Below are positions 49,699 through 59,625 of a DNA stretch of 64,000 bases, piece after piece. Under the pieces are notes generated by a model, which saw only the letters and a list, made by a program, of their open reading frames with translations, ran no database searches and was not told the DNA's origin. Numbering within the stretch: position 1 is the first letter of the stretch; every line of letters begins with the position of its first letter. The stretch is from Porphyromonas sp. (GTDB lineage: Bacteria; Bacteroidota; Bacteroidia; Bacteroidales; Porphyromonadaceae). The translations under genes were made by a program, and so were the position numbers. The stretch is from NCBI GenBank assembly GCA_029983505.1, contig JASBZK010000003.1, forward strand, positions 18,422 through 82,421. Direction: 5' to 3'.

Positions 49699-49820
49699 AA
49701 GGTATAGGTCGGAGTTTGGAGGACACCTCCTTTTCTTGCTGAAGTTAATCTTGACGGGTTCTAATGCGTATGCTCGTATGCACGTCGCTTCCACTTATGG
49801 GTTTCGATACAATTATGTGG

Positions 49821-49828
49821 TATCTTTG
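49821..49828 (+). promoter_or_regulatory. candidate -7 box TATCTTTG for the UPF0597 gene
   Basis: TAnnTTTG match 47 nt upstream of the ATG at 49875. Confidence 0.45.
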
Positions 49829-49874
49829 TTATAGTTTGAACGAAACCATTCACTCCCTTACATACCAAGTATAA

Positions 49875-51197
49875 ATGATGAACAGACAGACCCAACTGGA
49901 TATCATCAAGATGATACACCGCGAAGTGGTTCCCGCCACCGGCTGTACCGAACCCGTAGCCGTAGCCCTCACCGTGGCACACGCTTCCGAAGTATTGCCC
50001 GGAAAAGTGACCTCCATCCGTCTCGACTTGAGCGCCAACATCCTCAAAAATGCTATGGGGGTAGGTATCCCCGGCACCGGTATGATCGGTCTTCCCATCG
50101 CTGTGGCTCTGGGTGCCGTAGTCGCCGACCCCTCCAAGCAACTGACCATCTTGGACGATTTCTCCAAGGAGCAGTTTGAGGAGGCCAAGCAAATGATGGA
50201 TGCCAAAATGATTGACATCAACCTCAAACAGGGAGACGTCGACAAGCTCTATATCGAAGCGACGCTTAAGGACGACAGTGGTCACGAGGCGGTAGCCATC
50301 ATCGAGCACGTCCATACCGCTCTCAAGTCGCTCACTTTGGACGGGAAAGCAGTAGAGCGGAAAGAATCCGTAGCAGAGACCGAAGACAGCGCCTGTAACT
50401 GCGTCCCGTCGGAGAATTACGATGGTCCCGATGTGCCCCTGACTTTCGATATGGTCTATGACTTCGCCACAGAAATGCCTTTGGACGAAATAGACTTCAT
50501 CCTCGAAGCGGCCCGGCTCAATAAGAATGCCGCCGAATATTCGCTCCGCGGGGAGTATGGTCACGCCGTGGGCAAGATGATCAAGGGCGAGCTTGGGAAA
50601 AAGTTCCTCGGCGATACCCCCTATACCCATCTTTTGACCTACACCTCTGCGGCATGTGATGCCCGTATGGACGGGGCACCCGTCACGGTGATGAGCAACT
50701 CCGGATCCGGAAACCAAGGCATCACGGCTACTCTGCCGGTGCTCACTTTCGCAGAAGACCAAGGTGTCAGCGAAGAGCGGAAGATTCGGGCGCTGATGCT
50801 GAGCAATCTGATGGTCGTCTACATCAAACAGAAACTGGGTCGTCTCTCTGCTCTCTGCGGTTGCGTGGTTGCATCCACGGGATCTGCCTGCGGGATAACT
50901 TACCTCCTTGGCGGCACGCGCGAGCAGATCGGGTACTCAGTAAAGAATATGGTCGGCAACCTCACGGGGATGATTTGCGACGGAGCCAAACCGAGCTGTA
51001 GTCTCAAAGTGACGAGCGGTGCAAGCTCCGCGATGCTTTCCTCTCTCCTTGCCATTGAGCGCAAAGTGGTGACGAGCAGCGAAGGGGTCGTAGACGACGA
51101 TATCGATAAGTCGATCGATAACCTGACAAGCATAGGACGAGACGCGATGACGGCTACCGACAAGCACATCCTCCACATTATGACCCACAAAGACTAA
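49875..51197 (+). CDS. UPF0597/YhaM family protein (serine dehydratase alpha-like; L-cysteine desulfidase family)
   Basis: Characteristic N-terminus EVVPATGCTEPVAVALTVAHA and later GNLTGMICDGAKPSCSLK. Confidence 0.8.
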   Translation: MMNRQTQLDIIKMIHREVVPATGCTEPVAVALTVAHASEVLPGKVTSIRLDLSANILKNAMGVGIPGTGMIGLPIAVALGAVVADPSKQLTILDDFSKEQFEEAKQMMDAKMIDINLKQGDVDKLYIEATLKDDSGHEAVAIIEHVHTALKSLTLDGKAVERKESVAETEDSACNCVPSENYDGPDVPLTFDMVYDFATEMPLDEIDFILEAARLNKNAAEYSLRGEYGHAVGKMIKGELGKKFLGDTPYTHLLTYTSAACDARMDGAPVTVMSNSGSGNQGITATLPVLTFAEDQGVSEERKIRALMLSNLMVVYIKQKLGRLSALCGCVVASTGSACGITYLLGGTREQIGYSVKNMVGNLTGMICDGAKPSCSLKVTSGASSAMLSSLLAIERKVVTSSEGVVDDDIDKSIDNLTSIGRDAMTATDKHILHIMTHKD

Positions 51198-51217
51198 GAG
51201 ATCCTTAAGCAAGTTAC

Positions 51218-51261
51218 AAAAAGTCCCCAAGACGGAACCGATGCCGTCTCGGGGACTTTTT
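51218..51261. terminator. bidirectional intrinsic terminator
   Basis: AAAAAGTCCCCAAGACGG, an 8-nt loop, then CCGTCTCGGGGACTTTTT. Confidence 0.8.
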
Positions 51262-51282
51262 GTGTGTTCTGTGGGCGTCTGC

Positions 51283-51540
51283 TCAGTCATTACGACGGCT
51301 CCTCTTCATGATGTTTTCCTCAGCAAAAGCGTCCCAACGGCTCCTGAGCTCCTTTCGCCGAATATAGTTCCATCTGATGAGTAGGACGAAGAAGAGGATG
51401 GGCAGGATTGTAACCAATGGTGTCGTGAATTCCGTTAGAGACACATAGGTAACTGCCACAAGAAAGAGGACTGCGGTAAGTATGAGCGCAATGAGGTATA
51501 GCTTCTTTTTCTTTTTTAGCTCGATATTCGTAGCTTTCAT
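51283..51540 (-). CDS. small hypothetical membrane protein (two TM helices)
   Basis: 85 aa with a Lys-rich N-terminus, two hydrophobic spans and a basic C-terminus. No family recognised. Confidence 0.5.
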   Translation of the reverse strand: MKATNIELKKKKKLYLIALILTAVLFLVAVTYVSLTEFTTPLVTILPILFFVLLIRWNYIRRKELRSRWDAFAEENIMKRSRRND

Positions 51541-51588
51541 AGTACTGAGGAATGGTTTCTAACAGGGTCTCCAAGTTATGAGTGAAAG

Positions 51589-52794
51589 TTATGACTCAGA
51601 GGTGCGAAAATTTGGTTTACCGATCCGCTTGGGATCCGGGTAAAAGGTGTAAATCACAAGGAGGATAGCCGAGAGCCACAATAGAAGTTCGCCGCGCGGC
51701 AAGACTTGTCCACCCGGGATGATGACGAGAACCGCAAGAAGCCCGAGCGAAGCAGTAAAGAGCCAAAAGAGCAAGTCTTGGTAAAGCGTCCTTCCGGTCG
51801 TGTCTTTGCGGTAAAGCAAGGGAATGAGGAGAACCCAGAACGGGTGGTACAGGAGGAGGTTTTCGTTCGGGAACGTATGCGGGTGAGCGCTCAGGAAAGC
51901 AAGAAACCAGAGCGTGATGCCGAGGATGCCCATAACGGAGAAAAAGAGCGTCGCAATGAGGTTAAGAGTGAGCCTGTTGCTTTTCACAAAGAAGTAGATG
52001 ACGAAAAGTGCTGCAACCAAGACCGAGAAGAAGAACCCCGGCCAGTAGAAACCACTCTGCGTTATGGTGTGCGTCTGCGGCAGCAGCTCCGTTTTGGATA
52101 GGACGATGGGGGCGCCGTCACTGTTGCGGGTGGCAGAGTCCATCTCTTTCATCAAAAGATCGGGGAGGTAGGCCGCATCTTTGGCGGTCATCTTTTCGTC
52201 TGACTGCGATCCGAGGCAGATGTCTGCCCCAAACGTGTACCACTGGGCGGACTCGCTTTTTTCTCTTGCCGCTTCGCGAAAGGTCGGGAAATCGGTCTCG
52301 TCGATGTGGTAGGTGAGACCGCCCGAAAACTTCTCGATGAGGTCTCTCGGACGGGTGGCACAGTTGTCGAAGAAAAAGTTGTACCGATACTGCGCATTTT
52401 CCGGACGGGCATTCCATTCGAGAAAAGCGAGGAAGTCTTCTGCTTCTTTTTCCGAGAGATTAAGTACCTGCTCCGTGACCGATCTTCCGCCCGATCTGTA
52501 GTCTTCGAGGAACGCCTCCATCGGTGTGACCCCAAGCATATACAAGGGCTTACCGAGGATGAAGTTGAGGTAGAAGTTGGGCTGCTGCAGGGAGAAGTAG
52601 CCGTAGTTGAATACGTAGTCGTACCCCTCCTCTGGGATGCGGACACGGATGCCTGTATGACCGTAGAGGAAAAAGACCTCCTCATCAGTCGGTCCCGCAG
52701 TCAGAAGGCTGATCGTCGGCGAAGCCACTACGGAAACAGCGGCAGACAGAGAGAAGAGTACGAAAAGCAGGAGTCGGAGTATGGTCGATTTCAT
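51589..52794 (-). CDS. DUF4105 (Lnb N-terminal periplasmic domain)-type membrane protein, candidate Bacteroidota lipoprotein N-acyltransferase
   Basis: Signal peptide and a periplasmic domain with YGHTGIRV...FNYG and FFDNCATRPRD, followed by a C-terminal block of about 5 TM helices. The family call is from memory of DUF4105 features. Confidence 0.6.
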   Translation of the reverse strand: MKSTILRLLLFVLFSLSAAVSVVASPTISLLTAGPTDEEVFFLYGHTGIRVRIPEEGYDYVFNYGYFSLQQPNFYLNFILGKPLYMLGVTPMEAFLEDYRSGGRSVTEQVLNLSEKEAEDFLAFLEWNARPENAQYRYNFFFDNCATRPRDLIEKFSGGLTYHIDETDFPTFREAAREKSESAQWYTFGADICLGSQSDEKMTAKDAAYLPDLLMKEMDSATRNSDGAPIVLSKTELLPQTHTITQSGFYWPGFFFSVLVAALFVIYFFVKSNRLTLNLIATLFFSVMGILGITLWFLAFLSAHPHTFPNENLLLYHPFWVLLIPLLYRKDTTGRTLYQDLLFWLFTASLGLLAVLVIIPGGQVLPRGELLLWLSAILLVIYTFYPDPKRIGKPNFRTSES

Positions 52795-54191
52795 TTCAAA
52801 CCTGAGATTCGGATGGGAAGGTGCGGGATGTCCTCACTCGTGAGCCGGGCGTTACGGACAGCCCACTCTTTTGGGTAGAGGTTATTGATGCGGGTGCCGA
52901 GATGCTTGACGAGCGAGAGTGGCAGGCTCGAGTATGTAAGGAGGTAAAAACCCCTCTCCGGTGCATCGATGACCGGAGTCCCTTTTTTAAGTATGGAGAG
53001 GGCTGTGTCTTCGTTTACCGCTATACGGGGGTAGGGAAGATCTTGGGAGAAAACGCCGCTTGTGACCCATCCCTGAGACGGGATGAAGTCCTTTCCTTTC
53101 ATCTCGCCAAGCGGGAGCCCGGCGGATCGTATGCGGATGCCTTTAGTGGCAGAGAGTAGGCTGAGGGTCTCCTGTCCTTTTGGGCTTAGGAGATTATAGA
53201 CCCCGTTTGTGACAAGAAAAGAGTGGGGCAAGCCTTTGATCTCGTCCGGGGTGTGGAGCTTTTGCGGCTTCACCGGCTTAGAGGGCTTGGCGGACGCAGT
53301 TCGGGCGCACTTCCGGACCGCGAAGACAGAGAGCCCCTCAGAGCGCGTGAAGCCGGGCATAAAGCGGTAAACGCCTTTCCTTAGGAGGCAGAGGTCGTCG
53401 TAATCGGGGGTAAGAGTGACGAGCTCGAGGTCATAGTGCCCTTCGAGCCACGAGAGCTGCTCCTCGTTTTCTTTGGGGTTGAGCGTGCAAGTGCTATAGA
53501 TCAGAAGCCCCCCTTCGGTAAGCATCTCCCAAGCGGAGGAGAGGATGTCCCTCTGGCGTGAGACACAGAGCGAGACATTTGCTTGACTCCATTCGTCGAT
53601 ACTTGCGGGATCCTTTCGGAACATCCCTTCCCCCGAACACGGCGCGTCTACGAGTATGAGGTCGGCACGCAGTCCGGATGCAGCCAAGGCTTCGGGCAGC
53701 GCCGATGTGACGATTGTCTCGTCACCGCCCCAGCGAAGGACGTTTTCCTGTAGTATCTTGGCTCTTTCGCTTATGGGTTCGTTGCAGATCAGTAGGGGTT
53801 CGGAGAGCGTCTCCCGTGGTGTGAAAAAATCCCTTAGGAGGGTGCTTTTGCCCCCCGGTGCCGCACACAGATCCAGAATGACTTCGGGCTTTTCTCCCTC
53901 GAGAAACTTGGCGATGAACATACTGCCGGCCTCCTGGACGTAGTAGGCCCCGACGTGCCAAAAAGGATCGACTCCGAATACCGGTCTTTCGTCCGAGACG
54001 TACATTCCTTGTCCCGGGAGCCAGCTTACGCTTGTGCTTTCGTTTGAGAGAGGAGCTGCTTTGAGCCTGTTCGTCCTCACCGAAAGTACGGGCGCTTCGT
54101 CCTTTATGGTTCCGATGACGCGTGAAAAGAGTTCCGTGCCGAAAACGGCTCGAAACTCTCTCTCAAAATCTTCCGGCAACCGGTTAATCAC
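52791..54191 (-). CDS. NOL1/NOP2/Sun-family rRNA cytosine-C5 methyltransferase (RsmB/RsmF-like)
   Basis: SAM-binding motif DLCAAPGGKS and catalytic motifs DAPCSGEGMFRK and YSTCT. Confidence 0.85.
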   Translation of the reverse strand: MINRLPEDFEREFRAVFGTELFSRVIGTIKDEAPVLSVRTNRLKAAPLSNESTSVSWLPGQGMYVSDERPVFGVDPFWHVGAYYVQEAGSMFIAKFLEGEKPEVILDLCAAPGGKSTLLRDFFTPRETLSEPLLICNEPISERAKILQENVLRWGGDETIVTSALPEALAASGLRADLILVDAPCSGEGMFRKDPASIDEWSQANVSLCVSRQRDILSSAWEMLTEGGLLIYSTCTLNPKENEEQLSWLEGHYDLELVTLTPDYDDLCLLRKGVYRFMPGFTRSEGLSVFAVRKCARTASAKPSKPVKPQKLHTPDEIKGLPHSFLVTNGVYNLLSPKGQETLSLLSATKGIRIRSAGLPLGEMKGKDFIPSQGWVTSGVFSQDLPYPRIAVNEDTALSILKKGTPVIDAPERGFYLLTYSSLPLSLVKHLGTRINNLYPKEWAVRNARLTSEDIPHLPIRISGLK

Positions 54192-55630
54192 AATTTGAAA
54201 GTAAATCCAAGACTGAAAATCTGGTTATACTGGAGCAGATTCTTGATCGTCTTAGGCTCATCCAAGATTACACTGTCGTCAAAGCGGAGGTTCACTCCGA
54301 GCTTGACGCTGAAGAAGCGCGTGAGGGCGTAGTAGACGTTATTCTCAAACTCCGTCTCTATGTGCTTGTAGGAGGTGTTGTATAGGAGGCGGGACTCCCA
54401 ATAGAGGTAGCTCGTGAAGTTCCAGATCAAGTTCGTGCGCAGAGTGGAGCCAATCCTGAAAAGATGGTTTTGCTCGGGCAGAAGCCCCACGCGTGCCTTG
54501 TCTATGTCATTTGCCCAAGTGTAGATCATCTGGGCGGACAGGGGCGAAAGGTTGGCCGTGAAGCGGAATCTGGCGAAAGGATCGCCCCTAAACTCCTTGA
54601 GGTCTATGTCGTACTTCATACCAATCCCGAGATCGACTTTCAATGGTGCGAAAGTCCGTGTCACGAGTACGTTGTCTGTGGAGTAATTATTGAGCAGCTG
54701 CGTACGCAACATCCCGTCTATGGTGTAAAACCAGTGGTCCGATGCCCGGAGCCCGAGGTTGCTGATGATGGAGAAAATATCCTCTCCTATTTGGAGTTTC
54801 CTCTGCTCGGGATTCGTCTGCGTGAAGACGCCTACTTTGTACTCAAATTGATTGACCCACTTGACGCGATCTTTGGCATAGGTCGCGTCGAAAAACAGCC
54901 GTCCGTTGAGGTTGAGGTTGCTTTGCCCCCCCTTGTACCAGTTTGCCGAGATCTCGTTTTGCGCAAAATGCAGATCCATAAGGAAAGAGTGCTTCCAGTA
55001 CTTTGGCGCGATCTCCTCGCCCTGTATTGCCGCCCCCTGCACCATAGCCGTTTTGTCCGTCCGGACCTTGAAAGCCCCGTCATACGCTTTGCCGCTGATC
55101 CTCGAGTCGGACAGCTTGTCCTGCGGAAGTCCTTCGGTCGTGGCGATGACCATATCCGGATTCATACGGAAAATATATTCCCGCAGACCCATTGCTTCTC
55201 TCCACATCTTTTGACTCTTCCCGAACTGCGTCTCCCCGATCCAATCTTTGGACGCCGCACTGAGGATGTTCAGAGGCTCTGCTTGCGGGAAGAGTGTGCG
55301 GTTTGTCATCGAGGCTATGCTCCTGATTTGAGCTTCATTTTCTTTGAGGCTCAAAAGTTTGTCCACATCGAAAATCAGCGGAGCAAAGGACGTGACCCTG
55401 AATGTGTCGTACGTGCTATCTGAAGCGGGTCTTGTGAAAGGTGCCGTATAGATGGCTCTCGTGCCGGGCGAGAGATGGGTCAGGATATCGCTGCCCTGAA
55501 ACATCCGCCACGCGAAGTTATTGTCCACATCCGTGCTTTGTGCCGATGCCGAACCCACTCCTGCCATCGAGAGCAAGAGTGCTGCGGCAGTGCCGCTTAT
55601 GGCGTTGCGCATATATTTTCTTTGTGTCAT
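54188..55630 (-). CDS. hypothetical outer-membrane beta-barrel protein (DUF3078-like)
   Basis: Signal peptide ending ASAQ and aromatic-rich alternating strands to the C-terminus. 4-nt overlap with the methyltransferase gene. The family guess is tentative. Confidence 0.5.
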   Translation of the reverse strand: MTQRKYMRNAISGTAAALLLSMAGVGSASAQSTDVDNNFAWRMFQGSDILTHLSPGTRAIYTAPFTRPASDSTYDTFRVTSFAPLIFDVDKLLSLKENEAQIRSIASMTNRTLFPQAEPLNILSAASKDWIGETQFGKSQKMWREAMGLREYIFRMNPDMVIATTEGLPQDKLSDSRISGKAYDGAFKVRTDKTAMVQGAAIQGEEIAPKYWKHSFLMDLHFAQNEISANWYKGGQSNLNLNGRLFFDATYAKDRVKWVNQFEYKVGVFTQTNPEQRKLQIGEDIFSIISNLGLRASDHWFYTIDGMLRTQLLNNYSTDNVLVTRTFAPLKVDLGIGMKYDIDLKEFRGDPFARFRFTANLSPLSAQMIYTWANDIDKARVGLLPEQNHLFRIGSTLRTNLIWNFTSYLYWESRLLYNTSYKHIETEFENNVYYALTRFFSVKLGVNLRFDDSVILDEPKTIKNLLQYNQIFSLGFTFKL

Positions 55631-55703
55631 ATCTTCTTGTGTCTATTCCCCGAAACTTGCAGGGGAGGGCATTTGTCTATTGGATAGTGCAAAGATAGCC
55701 CTT

Positions 55704-56474
55704 TTATCCAAATTTTTGGGATTGCTCCCCGCCTCTTGCTTCTTCTGCCTTTAGGATACCGTCGACCGTCCTAAGCATAGAGGTGACGTCGACAGTGCCG
55801 TCGTCGTCTCTAAAGTCGTCCGGGTGAAGTTCGGGGAAAAAATGGAGTTCAAGCCTTCCCGGTCTCGGCCAAAAACCGCGCTTAGGCAGCACGTCGTGCG
55901 CTCCACGGATATAGGCCGGAAGTATCGGGGCGCCTGTGTCCCCCGCTATCCGAAAGGCCCCTTTCTTCAGCCGTCCCACTCTCCCGTCTTCGCTTCGGGT
56001 CCCTTCGGGGAAAATCATGATGCTGTATCGGTCTTTAATGGCAGCCTCGGCGTAGTAGACTACTTCCATCGGCTTGGCGAGATTTACGAAAATAAATCCC
56101 GCCTTTTCGCAAGCCCAACCCACCACGGGGATTCGCCTCAAAGCTCCTTTCATCACCCACTTAAACGGTCGGTCGAAGTAGCCGTACAGCAGGTAGATGT
56201 CGATTGCACTGGAGTGGTTGGGCGTGACGACGTACGATTTCCCGGGTTTGACGTGCTCTTTCCCGGAGACGCTCACGGGACAGAGTAGGAGGTACAGGGT
56301 CACCCTGCTCCAAATCCACCCCGGGTAGTAGGAGAAAATACGATCCCTCCCCAAGACAGATCCCGCCGCGGTTGTCACGGATGCAAGAATAGTCACCACT
56401 ACGAGAATGGGTAAGACTATAATCACCAGATATAATCGATAGAGGTACTTCATAGTAAAAGGCGATTGTGTCAA
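55704..56474 (-). CDS. 1-acyl-sn-glycerol-3-phosphate acyltransferase family (PlsC/LPLAT)
   Basis: N-terminal TM, HX4D motif NHSSAIDI, and FPEGTRS. Confidence 0.85.
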   Translation of the reverse strand: MTQSPFTMKYLYRLYLVIIVLPILVVVTILASVTTAAGSVLGRDRIFSYYPGWIWSRVTLYLLLCPVSVSGKEHVKPGKSYVVTPNHSSAIDIYLLYGYFDRPFKWVMKGALRRIPVVGWACEKAGFIFVNLAKPMEVVYYAEAAIKDRYSIMIFPEGTRSEDGRVGRLKKGAFRIAGDTGAPILPAYIRGAHDVLPKRGFWPRPGRLELHFFPELHPDDFRDDDGTVDVTSMLRTVDGILKAEEARGGEQSQKFG

Positions 56475-56526
56475 AGGAGGTTTCAGGAAGTGCTAAGACA
56501 GACTCTCAGCCGAGTGTGACCTGTGG

Positions 56527-58197
56527 TTACTTGACGAGGTAGCGCTTAATGCTCTGCTTCGGGGTCTTCTCGAAAGGCTCCTTGCGGTACTCAAACTCGT
56601 GAATCTTGGCATACGCCGGGAGCATTTGGTTCACCGTCTGCCTTGTCTTTTCGAGAAAAGCTTTGATGGCGTCGTCGCCCACGATACCCTGTTTCTCGAG
56701 CCCTTCCACGTCGGGAATTACGACAGCCACGAAGCGGTGGTTGTCGCGCTGCACCATGATGCTCTCCATGATGCCGTCCTGCAAGTCGATTTTTTGCTCT
56801 ATCTCTTCGGGGTAAACGTTCTGACCGTTGGAAGCGAGGAGCATGGTCTTCAGCCGTCCTTTGATGGTGAGCGTACCGTCTGCTTCCATTGTGCCGAGGT
56901 CACCTGTGTGCATCCAGCCATCGGCGGTAAATAAGTCCGAAGTGGCTTTCTCCAACTTATAATACCCGCGGCAGACATTCTCACCCCTTACCTGTATCTC
57001 TCCGACCTCTTCTCCGTCTATGACGCGTGTGTCGGCAATTCGAGCTTCGCACATCGAGTCGATATAAGCGCCCACGGAGCCCGGCTTGTAGTGCTTGTAG
57101 TAGGTGTAGCTGATGAGCGGTGCACACTCCGTCATACCATATCCTATGGTGTAGGGGAATCCGATTTTGGTGTAGAACTGTGCCACTTCGGGGTTCATGG
57201 CGGCTCCTCCGATCACGACCTGTTCGAGCCTTCCGCCCATCGTCTGCATCAGGGCGTCGTACACCTTTTTGTAGACCACTTTATTCAGCAGGGGGACGTT
57301 TTTGAGTACTTTGGCACTTCCCTTGGAGAGCTTGGGCAGAATGACGTTTTTGTAGATCTTCTCGAAAACGAGAGGGACGGAGAGCAGAAGGCGGGGTTTG
57401 ACGCTCTTAAAGGCCTTGACGAGATTGGACGGGGTAGGCGGCACACCGAGGATGAAAGTGTGGGTTCCTACGGCCAAGGGCAGTAGGAAACTGAAGGCGC
57501 ACCCAAACGCATGTGCATTCGGCAAAAATGCCAGCGTCGTGTCTCCTGCCGTAAGAACATTCATAGAGATGGCGTAGACGATATTGGCTACCATATTATT
57601 GGCCGAGAGGATCACGCCCTTGCTGAAGCCTGTCGTCCCTGAGGTATAGTTGATGACCATCGTGTCCTCATTGGAGAGGTCTGTGGGGTAGACGATGTCC
57701 TCCGGTGTGAACCCCTGCGGATAGCGCTCCGCAAAGAGCCTCTTCGCATCAAGAGCCTTTGCTTTCTCGTCCATAGTGAGGTCTCCGAGGACTTCGAGAG
57801 TCTTGATCCTGAGGGTGGCACGCACGAGGGGCATCTGCTCCGGGTGCAACATCTTGGCGTGTGCCGCGCCGGCAAAGGCCACCACGGAGTCGCTGTGGTT
57901 GATGATGTTATTGATGTCGTCCTCATGGAAGTCGGGGAGTATGGGGACGATGACGGCGCCATAAGTCACGACACCGATCCAGACCATACACCACTCGGCG
58001 CAATCTCGTCCGATGAGCGAGACTTTGTCGCCGCGTCCGACACCGAGTTGCTCAAGAAGCAGATGCACTTTTGCCACTCCTTTGGCAAAGTCTGCGTAGC
58101 TGAAAGTTTCAGCGGTACCGTAATTCGTAAACGCCGGAGTGGCCCAGTATTCACGAAACGCCTCCCTGTAAATATCGTTGAATTTCTCCTTCTTCAT
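56527..58197 (-). CDS. long-chain-fatty-acid--CoA ligase (AMP-binding/ANL superfamily)
   Basis: AMP-binding motif YTSGTTGFSKG, GYGMTE, and TGDLG...GRLK. Confidence 0.85.
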   Translation of the reverse strand: MKKEKFNDIYREAFREYWATPAFTNYGTAETFSYADFAKGVAKVHLLLEQLGVGRGDKVSLIGRDCAEWCMVWIGVVTYGAVIVPILPDFHEDDINNIINHSDSVVAFAGAAHAKMLHPEQMPLVRATLRIKTLEVLGDLTMDEKAKALDAKRLFAERYPQGFTPEDIVYPTDLSNEDTMVINYTSGTTGFSKGVILSANNMVANIVYAISMNVLTAGDTTLAFLPNAHAFGCAFSFLLPLAVGTHTFILGVPPTPSNLVKAFKSVKPRLLLSVPLVFEKIYKNVILPKLSKGSAKVLKNVPLLNKVVYKKVYDALMQTMGGRLEQVVIGGAAMNPEVAQFYTKIGFPYTIGYGMTECAPLISYTYYKHYKPGSVGAYIDSMCEARIADTRVIDGEEVGEIQVRGENVCRGYYKLEKATSDLFTADGWMHTGDLGTMEADGTLTIKGRLKTMLLASNGQNVYPEEIEQKIDLQDGIMESIMVQRDNHRFVAVVIPDVEGLEKQGIVGDDAIKAFLEKTRQTVNQMLPAYAKIHEFEYRKEPFEKTPKQSIKRYLVK

Positions 58198-58333
58198 GAT
58201 GGTAATTTGTCGCTATGTCTTGTTTTGGTGGGGTCAGATGTCTTAATTAACTCTCGGAGCTGTCGGCAGTCCTTTTTATACGAAAGATGCTGTTGAGTAC
58301 AGTCTCATTAATAATAGTGCTTGACTTCAAGGA

Positions 58334-58341
58334 CAAAAGTA
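58334..58341 (-). promoter_or_regulatory. candidate -7 box (TACTTTTG on the minus strand) for the acyl-CoA ligase gene
   Basis: Plus strand reads caaaagta, about 140 nt upstream of the ATG at 58197. Confidence 0.35.
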
Positions 58342-58466
58342 GCAAAAAATAGTGTATATCGGACTGTTTTTTGCTCACTTTGTGCTTAAATGAGCGTTTT
58401 TGTCCGTTTCTTCCGTCTTTTGCCTTTGACGCCCGAGCAAAAGTTGTCCTCTTTTCCGGTGGGAAC

Positions 58467-58547
58467 GGGGTACGGACCAAGAATATATTTTTGGTCTGTG
58501 TCTTTTAATGGCGTCGGTCTGTACCTTTTTCCGCTCTATGTCCGTAT
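58467..58547. repeat. 23-nt-period module element
   Basis: GGGGTACGGACC at 58467, TTTGGTCTGTGT at 58490, GTCGGTCTGTAC at 58513, CTATGTCCGTAT at 58536. The first two form a hairpin followed by CTTTT. Confidence 0.8.
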
Positions 58548-58686
58548 GAAATTGATTCGCCGTCAGGGATGCAATTTATGCTTTTGAACAAAATCGGAAG
58601 TTACGGGTATTTATAATACAACGGAGACACATCGGTGTTCCTTCATTATCCCGATACCGTATTTATAAATAAATAAGTCCTATTTT

Positions 58687-59559
58687 ATGAGCAAGCGTAA
58701 AGCGACAAAGATTGTAAGAGGTTCTCACGCCATAGACGGAGCCGGTGTTCACCTAACCCGCGTCCTCGGCAACCATACGATGTATGATTTTGACCCGTTC
58801 CTGATGCTCGACGGGTTCGACTCCACGAACCCCGAAGACTACATCAAAGGGTTCCCTTTTCATCCGCACCGCGGGATTGAGACGGTCACCTACCTCGTGA
58901 GCGGCACTATGGAGCACCAAGACTCTATGGGCAACAAAGGCGTCATCTCCGATGGCGACTGCCAGTGGATGACAGCCGGTAGCGGCATCATACACCAGGA
59001 GATGCCGAGCGCCTCTGAGCGGATGCTCGGGGCTCAGCTTTGGGTCAATCTGCCTAAGAAAGACAAGATGGCGGACCCCGCCTACGGAGACCTTCATGCG
59101 AAGGACATCCCCGTGGTCCAGGAAGACGGAGCAGTCGTGCGTGTCCTCTCCGGCAGCTACAAAGAGACCAAAGGGTACTTCGTCCCCAAGTATGTGGACG
59201 TGACGTACATCGATTTCGAACTTGCGCCGGGCAAGGAGTTCACGTTTGAGGGCACGCCCAATGACGAAACCCTCTTCGTCTACCTCCTCGATGGCACGCT
59301 TGCCGTGAACGAAACCCTGGACGATTTTGAGAAGAAAGGTGCTGCCGTACTCTTCAAACCGTCGACAGAGTCAGCAGGAGACAGGGACGAAGTCGTGTTT
59401 AAGGCAGGGGAAGACGGCGCACGACTGATCTTGCTCTCCGGCAAGCCCCTCAAAGAACCGATTGCGTGGGGCGGCCCCATCGTGATGAATACCCGGGAAG
59501 AGCTGATGAAAGCTTTCGATGAACTCAACGACGGGACTTTCATCAAGCACGCCCGCTGA
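58687..59559 (+). CDS. pirin family protein
   Basis: Bicupin with the metal-site motif FPFHPHRGIETVTY. Confidence 0.9.
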   Translation: MSKRKATKIVRGSHAIDGAGVHLTRVLGNHTMYDFDPFLMLDGFDSTNPEDYIKGFPFHPHRGIETVTYLVSGTMEHQDSMGNKGVISDGDCQWMTAGSGIIHQEMPSASERMLGAQLWVNLPKKDKMADPAYGDLHAKDIPVVQEDGAVVRVLSGSYKETKGYFVPKYVDVTYIDFELAPGKEFTFEGTPNDETLFVYLLDGTLAVNETLDDFEKKGAAVLFKPSTESAGDRDEVVFKAGEDGARLILLSGKPLKEPIAWGGPIVMNTREELMKAFDELNDGTFIKHAR

Positions 59560-59583
59560 TTACGCTCCGAGTGCCTACTAAAA

Positions 59584-59617
59584 AGCGACGAACCCTTCTC
59601 GTGTGGGGTTCGTCGCT
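59584..59617. terminator. bidirectional intrinsic terminator between pirin (+) and the lipoprotein gene (-)
   Basis: AGCGACGAACCC, a 10-nt loop, GGGTTCGTCGCT, flanked by AAAA on one side and TTCGGTTTTT on the other. Confidence 0.8.
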
Positions 59618-59625
59618 TTCGGTTT

